Origin: a virus
Taxonomy: Duplodnaviria > Caudoviricetes
Virus record (IMG/VR): IMGVR_UViG_3300017705_001068
Span: 1 to 24,120 of that record
Strand: one strand, 5' to 3'
Length of the DNA: 24,120 nucleotides
A program made the position numbers and the translations under genes. How positions within the stretch are numbered: the stretch's first letter is position 1; each line of letters begins with the position of its first letter. Shown in pieces: positions 1 through 7,719 of the stretch. The notes beneath the pieces were generated by a model. The model saw nothing but the letters and a program-made list of their open reading frames with translations, was not told where the DNA came from and ran no database searches.

Positions 1-270
1 ATGTAATTCATGATAAAATCTCCATGGGTCAACAACATAATCTCCTAATCTATATCTTATTAAAGGTTGCATGTCTTTCGGACAAACAATCCATATTGTA
101 TCACAACCGGCCATTGCGCAATCAAAGACTGCTTTTTCTACTGCTAAGTAATTGTGGCCAATTGGAATTAAACTATCATGCCATGGAAAATTAAAATCCA
201 GTGGCTGACCGGCTGTTGGTATAATCCCGGCCAAATTAAACCTTCTCTTGTTTATTGCTCTAACTTCCAT
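1..270 (-). CDS. Nucleotidyltransferase-like protein (NTP_transferase/GT-A fold), N-terminal 90 aa; runs off the window edge
   Basis: Not in the ORF track. ATG at 270, frame open to position 1: MEVRAINKRRFNLAGIIPTAGQPLDFNFPWHDSLIPIGHNYLAVEKAVFDCAMAGCDTIWIV. The GIIPxAG...L(I)PI...AGxxxIxIV pattern follows the start of sugar-phosphate nucleotidyltransferases, but the GxGTR motif is missing. Confidence 0.6.
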   Translation of the reverse strand, partial: MEVRAINKRRFNLAGIIPTAGQPLDFNFPWHDSLIPIGHNYLAVEKAVFDCAMAGCDTIWIVCPKDMQPLIRYRLGDYVVDPWRFYHELH

Positions 271-946
271 AAAGAAACTTTATCTTCTCTGTCTCATGGT
301 AAAGGTCCATCTTTTTATGTATCTCTCTATGAACTGTCTCAAGAGCTACGGACGGTCTTCTTGCGCCGACTGCGGTACCTATAAAGCCATGTTCTTTTAG
401 AACATGTTCGCTTTTAAATTTGGCCATTGTATCTGAGTAATCGAAATCCGCTAATTGCTTTTCGCTGAGAGAGGACTTAACGTATACATGTACCGGCGAT
501 GTTCGATGTCTTTTAACAACATTAATCTCCGAAACAAACTGGTCTCCTGTTTTGATAACAGTCTTCTCTTCTTTCGCCAACAAGGTTATTGGCTTCATAT
601 AATCAATAATCTCATAACCATCAACAACTTCTTTTGTCTCGGGTAAGCCAGAAATGTTCTTATCGCAAAAAATAAAGAGATTTTCATATTCTAGCTTATT
701 GACGACATTGTTTTTGCAAACAACAAAAAGGTAATCATCTAATATTCTAGAATTAGTAACAGAATCTCCACCAATTGTTCGACCATGCAACATCAATTTT
801 GTATATAAAAGCGCATATGCTTCTTTAGTAATATCATCTTCAAATTCCAATGGGAAGCTTAGTTTATTTAATACGATTTTGGTGTTGTTTTGGTCTGCAA
901 ACTGTAGGGCTGAGAGAGACGAGCCATATGTGACGTTAGCACCCAT
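260..946 (-). CDS. Hypothetical protein, possibly with a degenerate Rossmann-type N-terminus
   Basis: 228 aa ORF overlapping both neighbours; N-terminal VTYGSSLSALQFA weakly resembles a beta-alpha dinucleotide-binding start. Confidence 0.55.
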   Translation of the reverse strand: MGANVTYGSSLSALQFADQNNTKIVLNKLSFPLEFEDDITKEAYALLYTKLMLHGRTIGGDSVTNSRILDDYLFVVCKNNVVNKLEYENLFIFCDKNISGLPETKEVVDGYEIIDYMKPITLLAKEEKTVIKTGDQFVSEINVVKRHRTSPVHVYVKSSLSEKQLADFDYSDTMAKFKSEHVLKEHGFIGTAVGARRPSVALETVHREIHKKMDLYHETEKIKFLYGS

Positions 947-1559
947 AATCTTGATTATAATCGCGATCTTTGAGGATTTTCTTTTTCCACTTCTTTAGGA
1001 TTTTATAGTGAGTTGGCTGTTGGAAACAACGATATCTGTTGCTTTTATCAACCCTTCCACCCCTAGTGGTTTGTACCCATGCTGCTACCCACTTCTTTTC
1101 TTCTGAAAAATAGGACGGGCATCTTTTTAATCGCTTGTTCTTATGATATTGTTTAACGATTTGCTGCAGCCAAGTACGCGCTGCGGCAGTATAATCACGA
1201 CGATTAATATCATATCTATCTTCCCACCATGGCCACATTTGGACAATTCCAATAGCCTTGGCCACTTTTTTGCCTCGAGAATTGATTCTCCAATCGCCTT
1301 TGGCATTCGGGTTGAATCGAGATTCTCTACAAATTGCTGCGATAAGTATTCCCCTAAGAGATGAAGGGATTTGTGGATTTTCCTTTAAAAAGGCTTCTTC
1401 CAAAACAATCATCTCATTCAGAATTCTTTCTCTTTCCTGATAGCTTTTATGCTTCGCACTGGGTAGGCAGTTGTCGGACGCCGCAGAATAGATTTCATCG
1501 TATTCAAGCGGAGTACCTTGACTTAATATTAATGTCGTGATTATACTAACAATACTCAT
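936..1559 (-). CDS. Lytic transglycosylase (SLT-like) with hydrophobic N-terminus
   Basis: AAICRESRFNPNA (catalytic Glu-Ser) followed by AIGIVQM (GxxQ motif); N-terminus MSIVSIITTLILSQG; TAATG overlap with upstream gene. Confidence 0.75.
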   Translation of the reverse strand: MSIVSIITTLILSQGTPLEYDEIYSAASDNCLPSAKHKSYQERERILNEMIVLEEAFLKENPQIPSSLRGILIAAICRESRFNPNAKGDWRINSRGKKVAKAIGIVQMWPWWEDRYDINRRDYTAAARTWLQQIVKQYHKNKRLKRCPSYFSEEKKWVAAWVQTTRGGRVDKSNRYRCFQQPTHYKILKKWKKKILKDRDYNQDYGC

Positions 1560-1849
1560 TAATTCATTACTCCAAAAATATGATTTTCTTGAACTAGCAA
1601 AAAATCTCCTTGTTCTAGACTGGCTGTTTCAACCATACTATCGTTGACGAGAAGCAGCTTGCCCAAGTCTTCTTCATTTACTACAGTGCAATCAGTGGAT
1701 ACTTGTTCAAGCTGATAGACTCCGTAAAGACTGCTTTTTACTTTATAACTATCGGGCACCAATACCGTTGTCTGCTGTTCACTTTCAGATTCCGGTACAG
1801 CGCTAAGAAGCACAAAGCGATTACAGGGTGTTAATTCTGCTACACTCAT
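1559..1849 (-). CDS. groES: GroES/Cpn10-like co-chaperonin
   Basis: 96 aa; LTPCNRFVLL matches the (L)xPLxDRVxV start, VLVPDS matches I(V)LPDS, and FLLVQENHIFGVM matches YLILxExDILAVV; mobile-loop GGI is not conserved. Confidence 0.7.
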   Translation of the reverse strand: MSVAELTPCNRFVLLSAVPESESEQQTTVLVPDSYKVKSSLYGVYQLEQVSTDCTVVNEEDLGKLLLVNDSMVETASLEQGDFLLVQENHIFGVMN

Positions 1850-2139
1850 GATGTTTCCCCTTTAGGACCAAACTGTCGTTCAATCGCGTCAAACACATCC
1901 GTAATTTCGGCCATATCAGCGCCTTTTTTATAAACACGATATGCCGCAATTGCGGACCAGATCTCGTCTTTTGAGAGCCAGCCATTCTCGATATACTCTT
2001 CTCGCAATTCCTTTTTTTGGTCTTTATAAGGCTGCATTGCCTCTTCCAAGGCAATCTGCGATTTCAAATAATTAACAACGTATTGTTCTTTTACAAACTC
2101 TTCGCTATTTTCTTCATCAATTAACTTTAAAGATTCCAT
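1846..2139 (-). CDS. Small helical DNA-binding protein, GapR(DUF2312)/T4 DsbA-like
   Basis: 97 aa, helical; LEEAMQPYKDQKKELREEYIENGWLSKDEI resembles the LEEE...DxKD...EAKxxGFD pattern; SD AGGAGG upstream. Confidence 0.45.
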   Translation of the reverse strand: MESLKLIDEENSEEFVKEQYVVNYLKSQIALEEAMQPYKDQKKELREEYIENGWLSKDEIWSAIAAYRVYKKGADMAEITDVFDAIERQFGPKGETS

Positions 2140-2155
2140 TATTCCTCCTAAATTT

Positions 2156-4030
2156 TTAAAGTGCTACAATGCTGCAGCTTCCACCGCTGCATGCTAATTC
2201 GCTTGTTAAATCGGTATTGTCATTATACTCAATAATGTTTTTTAAGTCAAGCTTTTTAAGTGCTTCTACCAATTCCTCGTATTTTTCTTTTGTGCAGCTT
2301 TCAAATGGAGCCTGCACATAAGTATGTTCTTTATCGTCATATGGTAATACGCTTAAGCCATTGTAACTATTACGATTTTCCCACATCCACTCGCCTACGT
2401 CATCCCACTCTTTTTCTTTAACGCTAACTGTAGCAGAAACGTTATGAGTGTTAGAACCTTTTTTATGACCGGGCTTGGTCCATTCGTCACCCACTCGCTT
2501 CACTCTTTCCAGCATGCTTAAGGCGCTCTCAGTTCGCAAAATAGAACCCCATGGGGCGCTTTGCGGAACGCTAATGACTGCCGTATCGTGAGGTCTAAAA
2601 TATTCGTCCTCAACCAGTTCAGGATGGTTTGTGGCTAAATATTCGTACATTGCTTCGCTTTTACCAACTCGTAATCTACGAATATAGTATCGATCATGCC
2701 AAGCGTGAATGCCGCTGGAGGTACCTAACGTTAAACTAGTAGTACCCGCAGGTTTTACACATGTTGTCCGTGCCGCCGGATTAATATCTAGCAACTTGGC
2801 CACTCTCTTATTTTCTTTTATAACTTCTTTTGCTGCCGCGCTCATATCTAATTTGAGCACTTTCCCAGAAGCAATGCCGGTCATGCTTACGCCTATTAAA
2901 GCGTCTTTTTCTGTTGTTCTTCGCCAAATTTCGCGTAAATAGTGAAAGTCTGTATAGCTCGCTTGAAGTGTCGCGATAAAAGTGGCCGCTCTACATCGCT
3001 CTTCATATTCTTCTTGCGAAGAAATATCGCTAGCATTAATTTCAACCAAATTACAAAACTGATGGGGGCGGAGGGCAATTTCGCAACACGGGTTCGTTCC
3101 CCATTCCTTATCGTTCGAAAAGTAAAAACCGGGTTCACCGCATCCTGAAGCTCTCACGCGATTCCACAAATTTTGAAAATAATCTTTTGTGATCATGTGC
3201 CTCATTAAGACAACCGAATTGTTAGCGCGCCCTCGTTGTGGGTTCTGTTCCCACCAGTTTCCTGTTTTTGCTGCTAGCATTTCTTCGTCGTCTGCGCTAA
3301 AAAGAGAAATAAGGGCTGCTCTTCGAATGCCACCGGCTAAGACTGCATCTGCGATATAGCAAATAATATCGTGTACTTCAATAGTGGTTAATCTATCGCC
3401 TGTTTCCTTTTCTCGCAAAACACCGTCAATCTTGACCAAACACTCTTTAAGAGGTTGTGGGCCGGGAGCGGTACCGCCAGAAGTCAACAGCTTTGCCCCT
3501 TTTGGCCTAATATCGCTATAGTCATATCGAATCTTGGAACCGCCAAAGAAATAGCTGCGCATGAGTGCCTTGACGGCATCAGACCAGCCTTCAATCGAAT
3601 CGTTTACCAAAAAGCGTCTTGTGCGCTTCTCGGAGGGTTTTTGAATATCGGGCAGCTGCTCTACATGGTGTCGTTGCACACTGTAACCGACTCCGGTTCC
3701 GCCTAAAAGAAGGAACATCGTTTCGCTAAAGGCTCTCCAATCGTCAATCGGAGTATAGGCACAGTTAAATATGCGATTTGGGGCTACCTCAATGGGCTTT
3801 CCTCCAAACTGCATTGAGCGCATCGAAGGCAAGACTTTCCTATCGTAAACATGCTTATATACGCTGTTTATCTCTTCCTTCAATTCTGGGAATTTTTTGA
3901 TGTGCATTTTCTTATTTCGAGTTACCAACTCTTTCCATGTTTCACGCCGCTGGAGAGAGTTGATATATCGAGCATATTTCATATGTACTGTAACGTCTGA
4001 TAAAATTTGTTTAGCTATGTCTTGTTCCAT
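2156..4030 (-). CDS. nrdJ: Class II (adenosylcobalamin-dependent) ribonucleotide reductase, monomeric type
   Basis: KYAR...RRETW, VLPSMRSM, FNCAY, GGTGVG, GGIRRAA, catalytic TNPCCEI, CVKPAGTTS, C-terminal ACSGGSC redox pair; no beta-subunit gene nearby. Confidence 0.93.
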   Translation of the reverse strand: MEQDIAKQILSDVTVHMKYARYINSLQRRETWKELVTRNKKMHIKKFPELKEEINSVYKHVYDRKVLPSMRSMQFGGKPIEVAPNRIFNCAYTPIDDWRAFSETMFLLLGGTGVGYSVQRHHVEQLPDIQKPSEKRTRRFLVNDSIEGWSDAVKALMRSYFFGGSKIRYDYSDIRPKGAKLLTSGGTAPGPQPLKECLVKIDGVLREKETGDRLTTIEVHDIICYIADAVLAGGIRRAALISLFSADDEEMLAAKTGNWWEQNPQRGRANNSVVLMRHMITKDYFQNLWNRVRASGCGEPGFYFSNDKEWGTNPCCEIALRPHQFCNLVEINASDISSQEEYEERCRAATFIATLQASYTDFHYLREIWRRTTEKDALIGVSMTGIASGKVLKLDMSAAAKEVIKENKRVAKLLDINPAARTTCVKPAGTTSLTLGTSSGIHAWHDRYYIRRLRVGKSEAMYEYLATNHPELVEDEYFRPHDTAVISVPQSAPWGSILRTESALSMLERVKRVGDEWTKPGHKKGSNTHNVSATVSVKEKEWDDVGEWMWENRNSYNGLSVLPYDDKEHTYVQAPFESCTKEKYEELVEALKKLDLKNIIEYNDNTDLTSELACSGGSCSIVAL

Positions 4031-4048
4031 CTATATCTCCTTCTTGTT

Positions 4049-5416
4049 TTAAAACTTTTGCTGGTTTTTCATCATTTCTTTGAAGACTCTTCTCGCGGTT
4101 GACATGTCGTCTTTATTTCTCTTTACTCGCGAATCTTCTTTTACTTGCTGAACACTTTCCTGTTCTAATACTTTAATAGAGGCAGTTCCGGTATCCATAA
4201 AAATAGAGTATATTTTTGCATCAGGACCGTTGCGGTTTTTGGCTACAAAAATTCTACCCATATTACTATCTTTGTCGCGCAAAGTTCTGGAAAGGCTAAT
4301 AATAAAATCTGCAACAAAGCACTTACTATAAGCCTCTGAAATTGATTTCATTGTAATGACCTCTTCATTAAGACCTTCTCTGTTGGTTTGAGAGGCAGTC
4401 ACTAGCGGACAATTAAATTCTTGCGCAAGTCCGCGTAATTCTTCATAAATTGATTCTAACTCATGGCGTTTTTCAGATGATGGTGAAGATCCTCTCAAAA
4501 GATCTCCATAATCTACGATTACCATATCGATTTCCATCTGATTTTGTCTTACTTTTTCTAAATGACCCTTAAGGGCGACTGTAGATATTGATTTTGTAGG
4601 ATACTCTTTAACGATAAGCTGTCCATCTACTGCTTTAATCTTCTCAAAGATGTCATCTTTTCTTTCCAATAGTTCGTTTAGGTCATATCCGGTCAAACAT
4701 GCGTCGTATCGTTGGGCCACCACTTTGTCTCTCAATTCTAAAGTATAGTGGACAACGTTCTTGCCTTGTTTTAGCGCTTCCGCTCCCAAATGGACCAGCG
4801 CAAAGCTTTTTCCTACGCCAGTTGGCGCTATAACCACTGTGAGTTCGCCTTGGCCTAGGCCGCCTTTTGTGATCTTATCAATTTCTCGCCAACCGGTTGA
4901 AATCGGGTTTCTGGCTTCAACCCTAAATCTTTCATCAAAATCTTTAATATAGTCATAGCCGAAGTTGCTATCCATCCCCAGTTGAAGAGCGTTGTTGATT
5001 AATTTTTGGATCTCTTCGAATGAACACTTGTTTAAAAGGGGTACCGATTTCAACATTGCTGCTTTGAGCACTTGCTTCTTACAGAAATCCAAACTTGTAG
5101 ATTTGATATAATCGACGTCGGGTAGCTCCGGAGTTGCTTGAACTCTGATGAAATAATCTAGAACTTGTTTTCGGATCACCTCTCCTTCAAACTCTAGTTC
5201 GGTATTGTAGATGGAATTCAACGTTCCATTGGCCGGATGTGTCTTATATTTCCTTTTGTGCTCAAAGAGCTTTTTCACAAAGACTTGAAGGTATTTAAGT
5301 TCTAGAAACTTTTCATCTAGAACCTCTATCATTTGATCGCAAAAAGGACGATCATAAACCAATAATTTGCATAAGTCTTCTTGGAAGCTTTTTCCGAAGA
5401 CGCCCAGATTTTCCAT
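4049..5416 (-). CDS. dnaB: Replicative DNA helicase, DnaB / T4 gp41-like (SF4)
   Basis: Walker A IAPTGVGKS, YTLE, IVDYGDL (Walker B), TASQTNR, VAKNRNG. Confidence 0.92.
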   Translation of the reverse strand: MENLGVFGKSFQEDLCKLLVYDRPFCDQMIEVLDEKFLELKYLQVFVKKLFEHKRKYKTHPANGTLNSIYNTELEFEGEVIRKQVLDYFIRVQATPELPDVDYIKSTSLDFCKKQVLKAAMLKSVPLLNKCSFEEIQKLINNALQLGMDSNFGYDYIKDFDERFRVEARNPISTGWREIDKITKGGLGQGELTVVIAPTGVGKSFALVHLGAEALKQGKNVVHYTLELRDKVVAQRYDACLTGYDLNELLERKDDIFEKIKAVDGQLIVKEYPTKSISTVALKGHLEKVRQNQMEIDMVIVDYGDLLRGSSPSSEKRHELESIYEELRGLAQEFNCPLVTASQTNREGLNEEVITMKSISEAYSKCFVADFIISLSRTLRDKDSNMGRIFVAKNRNGPDAKIYSIFMDTGTASIKVLEQESVQQVKEDSRVKRNKDDMSTARRVFKEMMKNQQKF

Positions 5417-5440
5417 GTCACCTCGTTAAATTGTATAGTA

Positions 5441-5469
5441 AGTATATAATGTTTTTTTTAGAAAGTCAA
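5441..5469 (-). promoter_or_regulatory. Sigma70-type promoter upstream of helicase
   Basis: Minus strand TTGACT (5469-5464), 17 nt spacer, TATACT (5446-5441). Confidence 0.75.
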
Positions 5470-5503
5470 TCTAATTCGTAACCCATGAAAAGGATTAAAA
5501 ATT

Positions 5504-5761
5504 TTATTTGAAGATCTTGTTTTTTGCTGTCGCAAAAAGGTTGGGTAAGAAAGATTTCTTAAGTCGAAGAAGTCTATCAAACTTTGCCTGATTTCTCGCA
5601 TTTGTATAGAGAGCCGTTGGTTTACGGATTGCGCCGTCAATGACCTGTTCGCCAAAATCGTAAAATTTTGATTTTGTATTCTTCTTTGGAGTACTACCGG
5701 CATATGCTGCCGTGCAGCTTAGTAATATTGCTAGCAATACTATAAAGCCCTTCATTTTCAT
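5504..5761 (-). CDS. Secreted small protein resembling myxobacterial gliding motility protein CglF/GltF
   Basis: Start re-called at 5761 (ATGA overlap with upstream stop); 85 aa; signal peptide MKMKGFIVLLAILLSCTAAYA; mature region YDFGEQVIDGAIRKPTALYTNARNQAKFDRLLRLKKSFLPNL fits the CglF pattern DFxxxxxxGxxxKPxxxYxxxRxxxxFxxLxxxxxxFxPxL as recalled from memory. Confidence 0.65.
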   Translation of the reverse strand: MKMKGFIVLLAILLSCTAAYAGSTPKKNTKSKFYDFGEQVIDGAIRKPTALYTNARNQAKFDRLLRLKKSFLPNLFATAKNKIFK

Positions 5762-6108
5762 ACATATTTCACCCATGACCATAGTTTTCGTTCCTTAAGG
5801 TATCCCTTAGTGTTATCGTTGTCATATGCTTCTTGTTCGAAAGGGTTCAAATAATAAGCATCCGACCATGTACCATGTTTAAAACGTCCGATAACGTAAA
5901 AAAGTCCATATAGGAACCATTGAAATATAAAAAGCATCTCAATCTGCTGGTGATAGTGAATGGTTTCGTGTCGTTTTGTGTCCGGAGTCATCTCTCCGCG
6001 ACATACAACGAAACAAGCAAAACTAAACGCCCATACATTTATTGGAGCAATTTTTGATAACCAAATCGGTATCTTGCTATTTTCTATAATGATTGGAGTA
6101 CAGGTCAC
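5758..6108 (-). CDS. HExxH-motif small protein (putative metallopeptidase) with hydrophobic segments
   Basis: RHETIHYHQQ motif, downstream PFEQEAY, hydrophobic MLFIFQWFLYGLFYVI; GTG start after SD TAAGGA. Confidence 0.6.
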   Translation of the reverse strand: MTCTPIIIENSKIPIWLSKIAPINVWAFSFACFVVCRGEMTPDTKRHETIHYHQQIEMLFIFQWFLYGLFYVIGRFKHGTWSDAYYLNPFEQEAYDNDNTKGYLKERKLWSWVKYV

Positions 6109-6118
6109 GTTTTCTTCC

Positions 6119-6202
6119 TTATTTCTTTTTCATTTGGACTGCGCAGTGAATCATTGAAAATAATACTCCACAGATCAATATAATTTCTACTATAGTTGTC
6201 AT
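6119..6202 (-). CDS. 27-aa putative single-pass membrane peptide
   Basis: Below the ORF-track cutoff. MTTIVEIILICGVLFSMIHCAVQMKKK; ATG overlaps the exonuclease TGA (ATGA) and its TAA forms part of the next gene's SD (TAAGGA), exactly filling the gap. Confidence 0.55.
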   Translation of the reverse strand: MTTIVEIILICGVLFSMIHCAVQMKKK

Positions 6203-7158
6203 TTGTTATCCCGGCACATTCGCCTAAACCCTTGAAACATATCAGACCAGCTATATTCATGAATTCCATCTTGTATCATCATTCCGCTGACCTCCGTTTT
6301 GTTAAAGTCGCATTCAAACTCTTCAATCGTCCAGTCTACACTTTGTTTTGTTTGTATAGACAGGCTCGGACTATAGAGTTGCATGAGACTATAGTTCTCC
6401 TTAATTAGTTGTTCGCTTTCAGGAATTGACGCATATGCTTTGATCTTATTTTCTTGATTTTCACAAAACTCTATTAATTCCAACAGGGTTACGTCTCTTT
6501 CTTCAGCAAAAAAAGTGAATCTTTTTGCGATTGTTTTTAATCCAACTCCGCCGATGCCTGATAAGTTGTCTGAGGGATCTCCTGCTATCGCTCGAGCCAA
6601 AGCAAAATTCTGTGGATGTATTCCATGCTCTTCAACGATGCTTAGCTTGTTCAAATACTGTTTTTGTATTGGCCTGTGAAGTATGGTGTTGTCGTCTAAT
6701 AACTGATAAAAATCTTTGTCGCTGGAAACGATAACCTTTTGGTCATCTTTATAAGCTGAATATCTGCAGGTATAGGCGATTAGGTCATCTGCTTCCACTT
6801 CATCAGCAATAAGCTGTATGACTGGGAGGTTGTTGAGATATTCGAATATCCGATACATTTGCCATATCTTGTTTTCTTTCTCTTGTTCTTCCGTCAAAAC
6901 TTTAAAGTTTCGATTTAAACGAATGGGAGAACGACCTTCTTTGTAGTTCTTATTTGTCTGCTTTCTCTTTCGACTGCCGCCTCTACCGTCCCAACAAACA
7001 ACTATAATATCCGGTTTTATATCACGAGTTAACTTTTGAAGAGACTTTAAGAACCCTGCTGTGCCGCCGATTGGACGGCCGTCTTTGGCTATTGTGGGGT
7101 TTACGATATATGCGCGCAAAAAGAGATTTAAAGCGTCGATTATCATTATTCTTTTCAT
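6199..7158 (-). CDS. 5'-3' exonuclease / flap endonuclease (PolI N-terminal domain / T4 RNase H-like)
   Basis: IIDALNLFLR, WDG, NYKEGR, EADDLIA, SSDKDFYQL, helix-hairpin GDPSDNLSGIGGVGLKT. Confidence 0.93.
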   Translation of the reverse strand: MKRIMIIDALNLFLRAYIVNPTIAKDGRPIGGTAGFLKSLQKLTRDIKPDIIVVCWDGRGGSRKRKQTNKNYKEGRSPIRLNRNFKVLTEEQEKENKIWQMYRIFEYLNNLPVIQLIADEVEADDLIAYTCRYSAYKDDQKVIVSSDKDFYQLLDDNTILHRPIQKQYLNKLSIVEEHGIHPQNFALARAIAGDPSDNLSGIGGVGLKTIAKRFTFFAEERDVTLLELIEFCENQENKIKAYASIPESEQLIKENYSLMQLYSPSLSIQTKQSVDWTIEEFECDFNKTEVSGMMIQDGIHEYSWSDMFQGFRRMCRDNK

Positions 7159-7195
7159 AGTTTTGGTTCTTTCTTAGAGGGCAGTGTATTAAATG

Positions 7196-7224
7196 ATTAT
7201 AAGTTAAATTGAATTATTAGTCAA
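7196..7224 (-). promoter_or_regulatory. Sigma70-type promoter upstream of 5'-3' exonuclease
   Basis: Minus strand TTGACT (7224-7219), 17 nt, TATAAT (7201-7196). Confidence 0.8.
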
Positions 7225-7229
7225 GGGGA

Positions 7230-7631
7230 TTATCGGTAGCGTCTGCGGATTACTCGTTTTCTTAGTTTACCGTTTTTATTATAATAGCGACGAACTGTAC
7301 GCTTTTTTAGTTTTGGCTTGGGGCGTGTATAAACGCGACGTTTTTGCGGCGTATATTTGCGATATACTCGTCTTTGCGGTCGCACACGCTTGCGATATAC
7401 GCGATTGTGGTGTGAGCGATGTACATGTACTCGTTTTCGCGGAGAGTGGCGATATCGATGGGTACGTTGTCTATGTAGACCATAAAACAACGGTCGTTCA
7501 TATACTACAGAACGATAAACGCGAGGTGTACGTACATGCTCATATGACTCTACAGGTTCGCTATGGGCAAAACAGCCCGGAATTAAAAATGTAGAAGCGA
7601 TAAATAAAATAAAAATAATGTTTTTTTTCAT
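7230..7631 (-). CDS. Secreted or lipoprotein-like, extremely Arg/His/Tyr-rich protein
   Basis: Start re-called at 7631 (SD AAAGGA; the 7700 start lies inside the repeat element). MKKNIIFILFIASTFLIPGC signal-like N-terminus, then basic quasi-repeats (RRVYRK, KRRVYTR, RRYY). Confidence 0.6.
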   Translation of the reverse strand: MKKNIIFILFIASTFLIPGCFAHSEPVESYEHVRTPRVYRSVVYERPLFYGLHRQRTHRYRHSPRKRVHVHRSHHNRVYRKRVRPQRRVYRKYTPQKRRVYTRPKPKLKKRTVRRYYNKNGKLRKRVIRRRYR

Positions 7632-7679
7632 GAGATAGTTTTCCTTTGGTCTATATTTAATGCAAAAAAGGTACCAAGT

Positions 7680-7716
7680 TTGAGACATCTGTAAACCCAT
7701 GCCTCCCTGCGGTATT
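7680..7716 (-). repeat. 37-bp intergenic element, copy 1 (candidate structured RNA)
   Basis: ttgagacatctgtaaacccatgcctccctgcggtatt identical to 12740-12776; starts 3 nt after the DUF262 stop; minus-strand hairpin GAGGCAU/AUGUCUC. Confidence 0.9.
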
Positions 7717-7719
7717 TAG

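Noticed and set aside
1-38. Possible gene start MLLTHG after GGAG
   Set aside because: Lies inside the longer nucleotidyltransferase-like frame that starts at 270.
7632-7700. ORF-track N-terminal extensions (starts at 7700, 5782, 10199, 10945)
   Set aside because: Downstream ATGs have better SD sequences or ATGA coupling and give sensible N-termini.
7680-7716. Plus-strand GCCTCCCTGCGGT resembles the P3/L3 of HDV-like (theta) ribozymes
   Set aside because: No P1, P1.1 or P2 partners could be built, and it is antisense to all genes.
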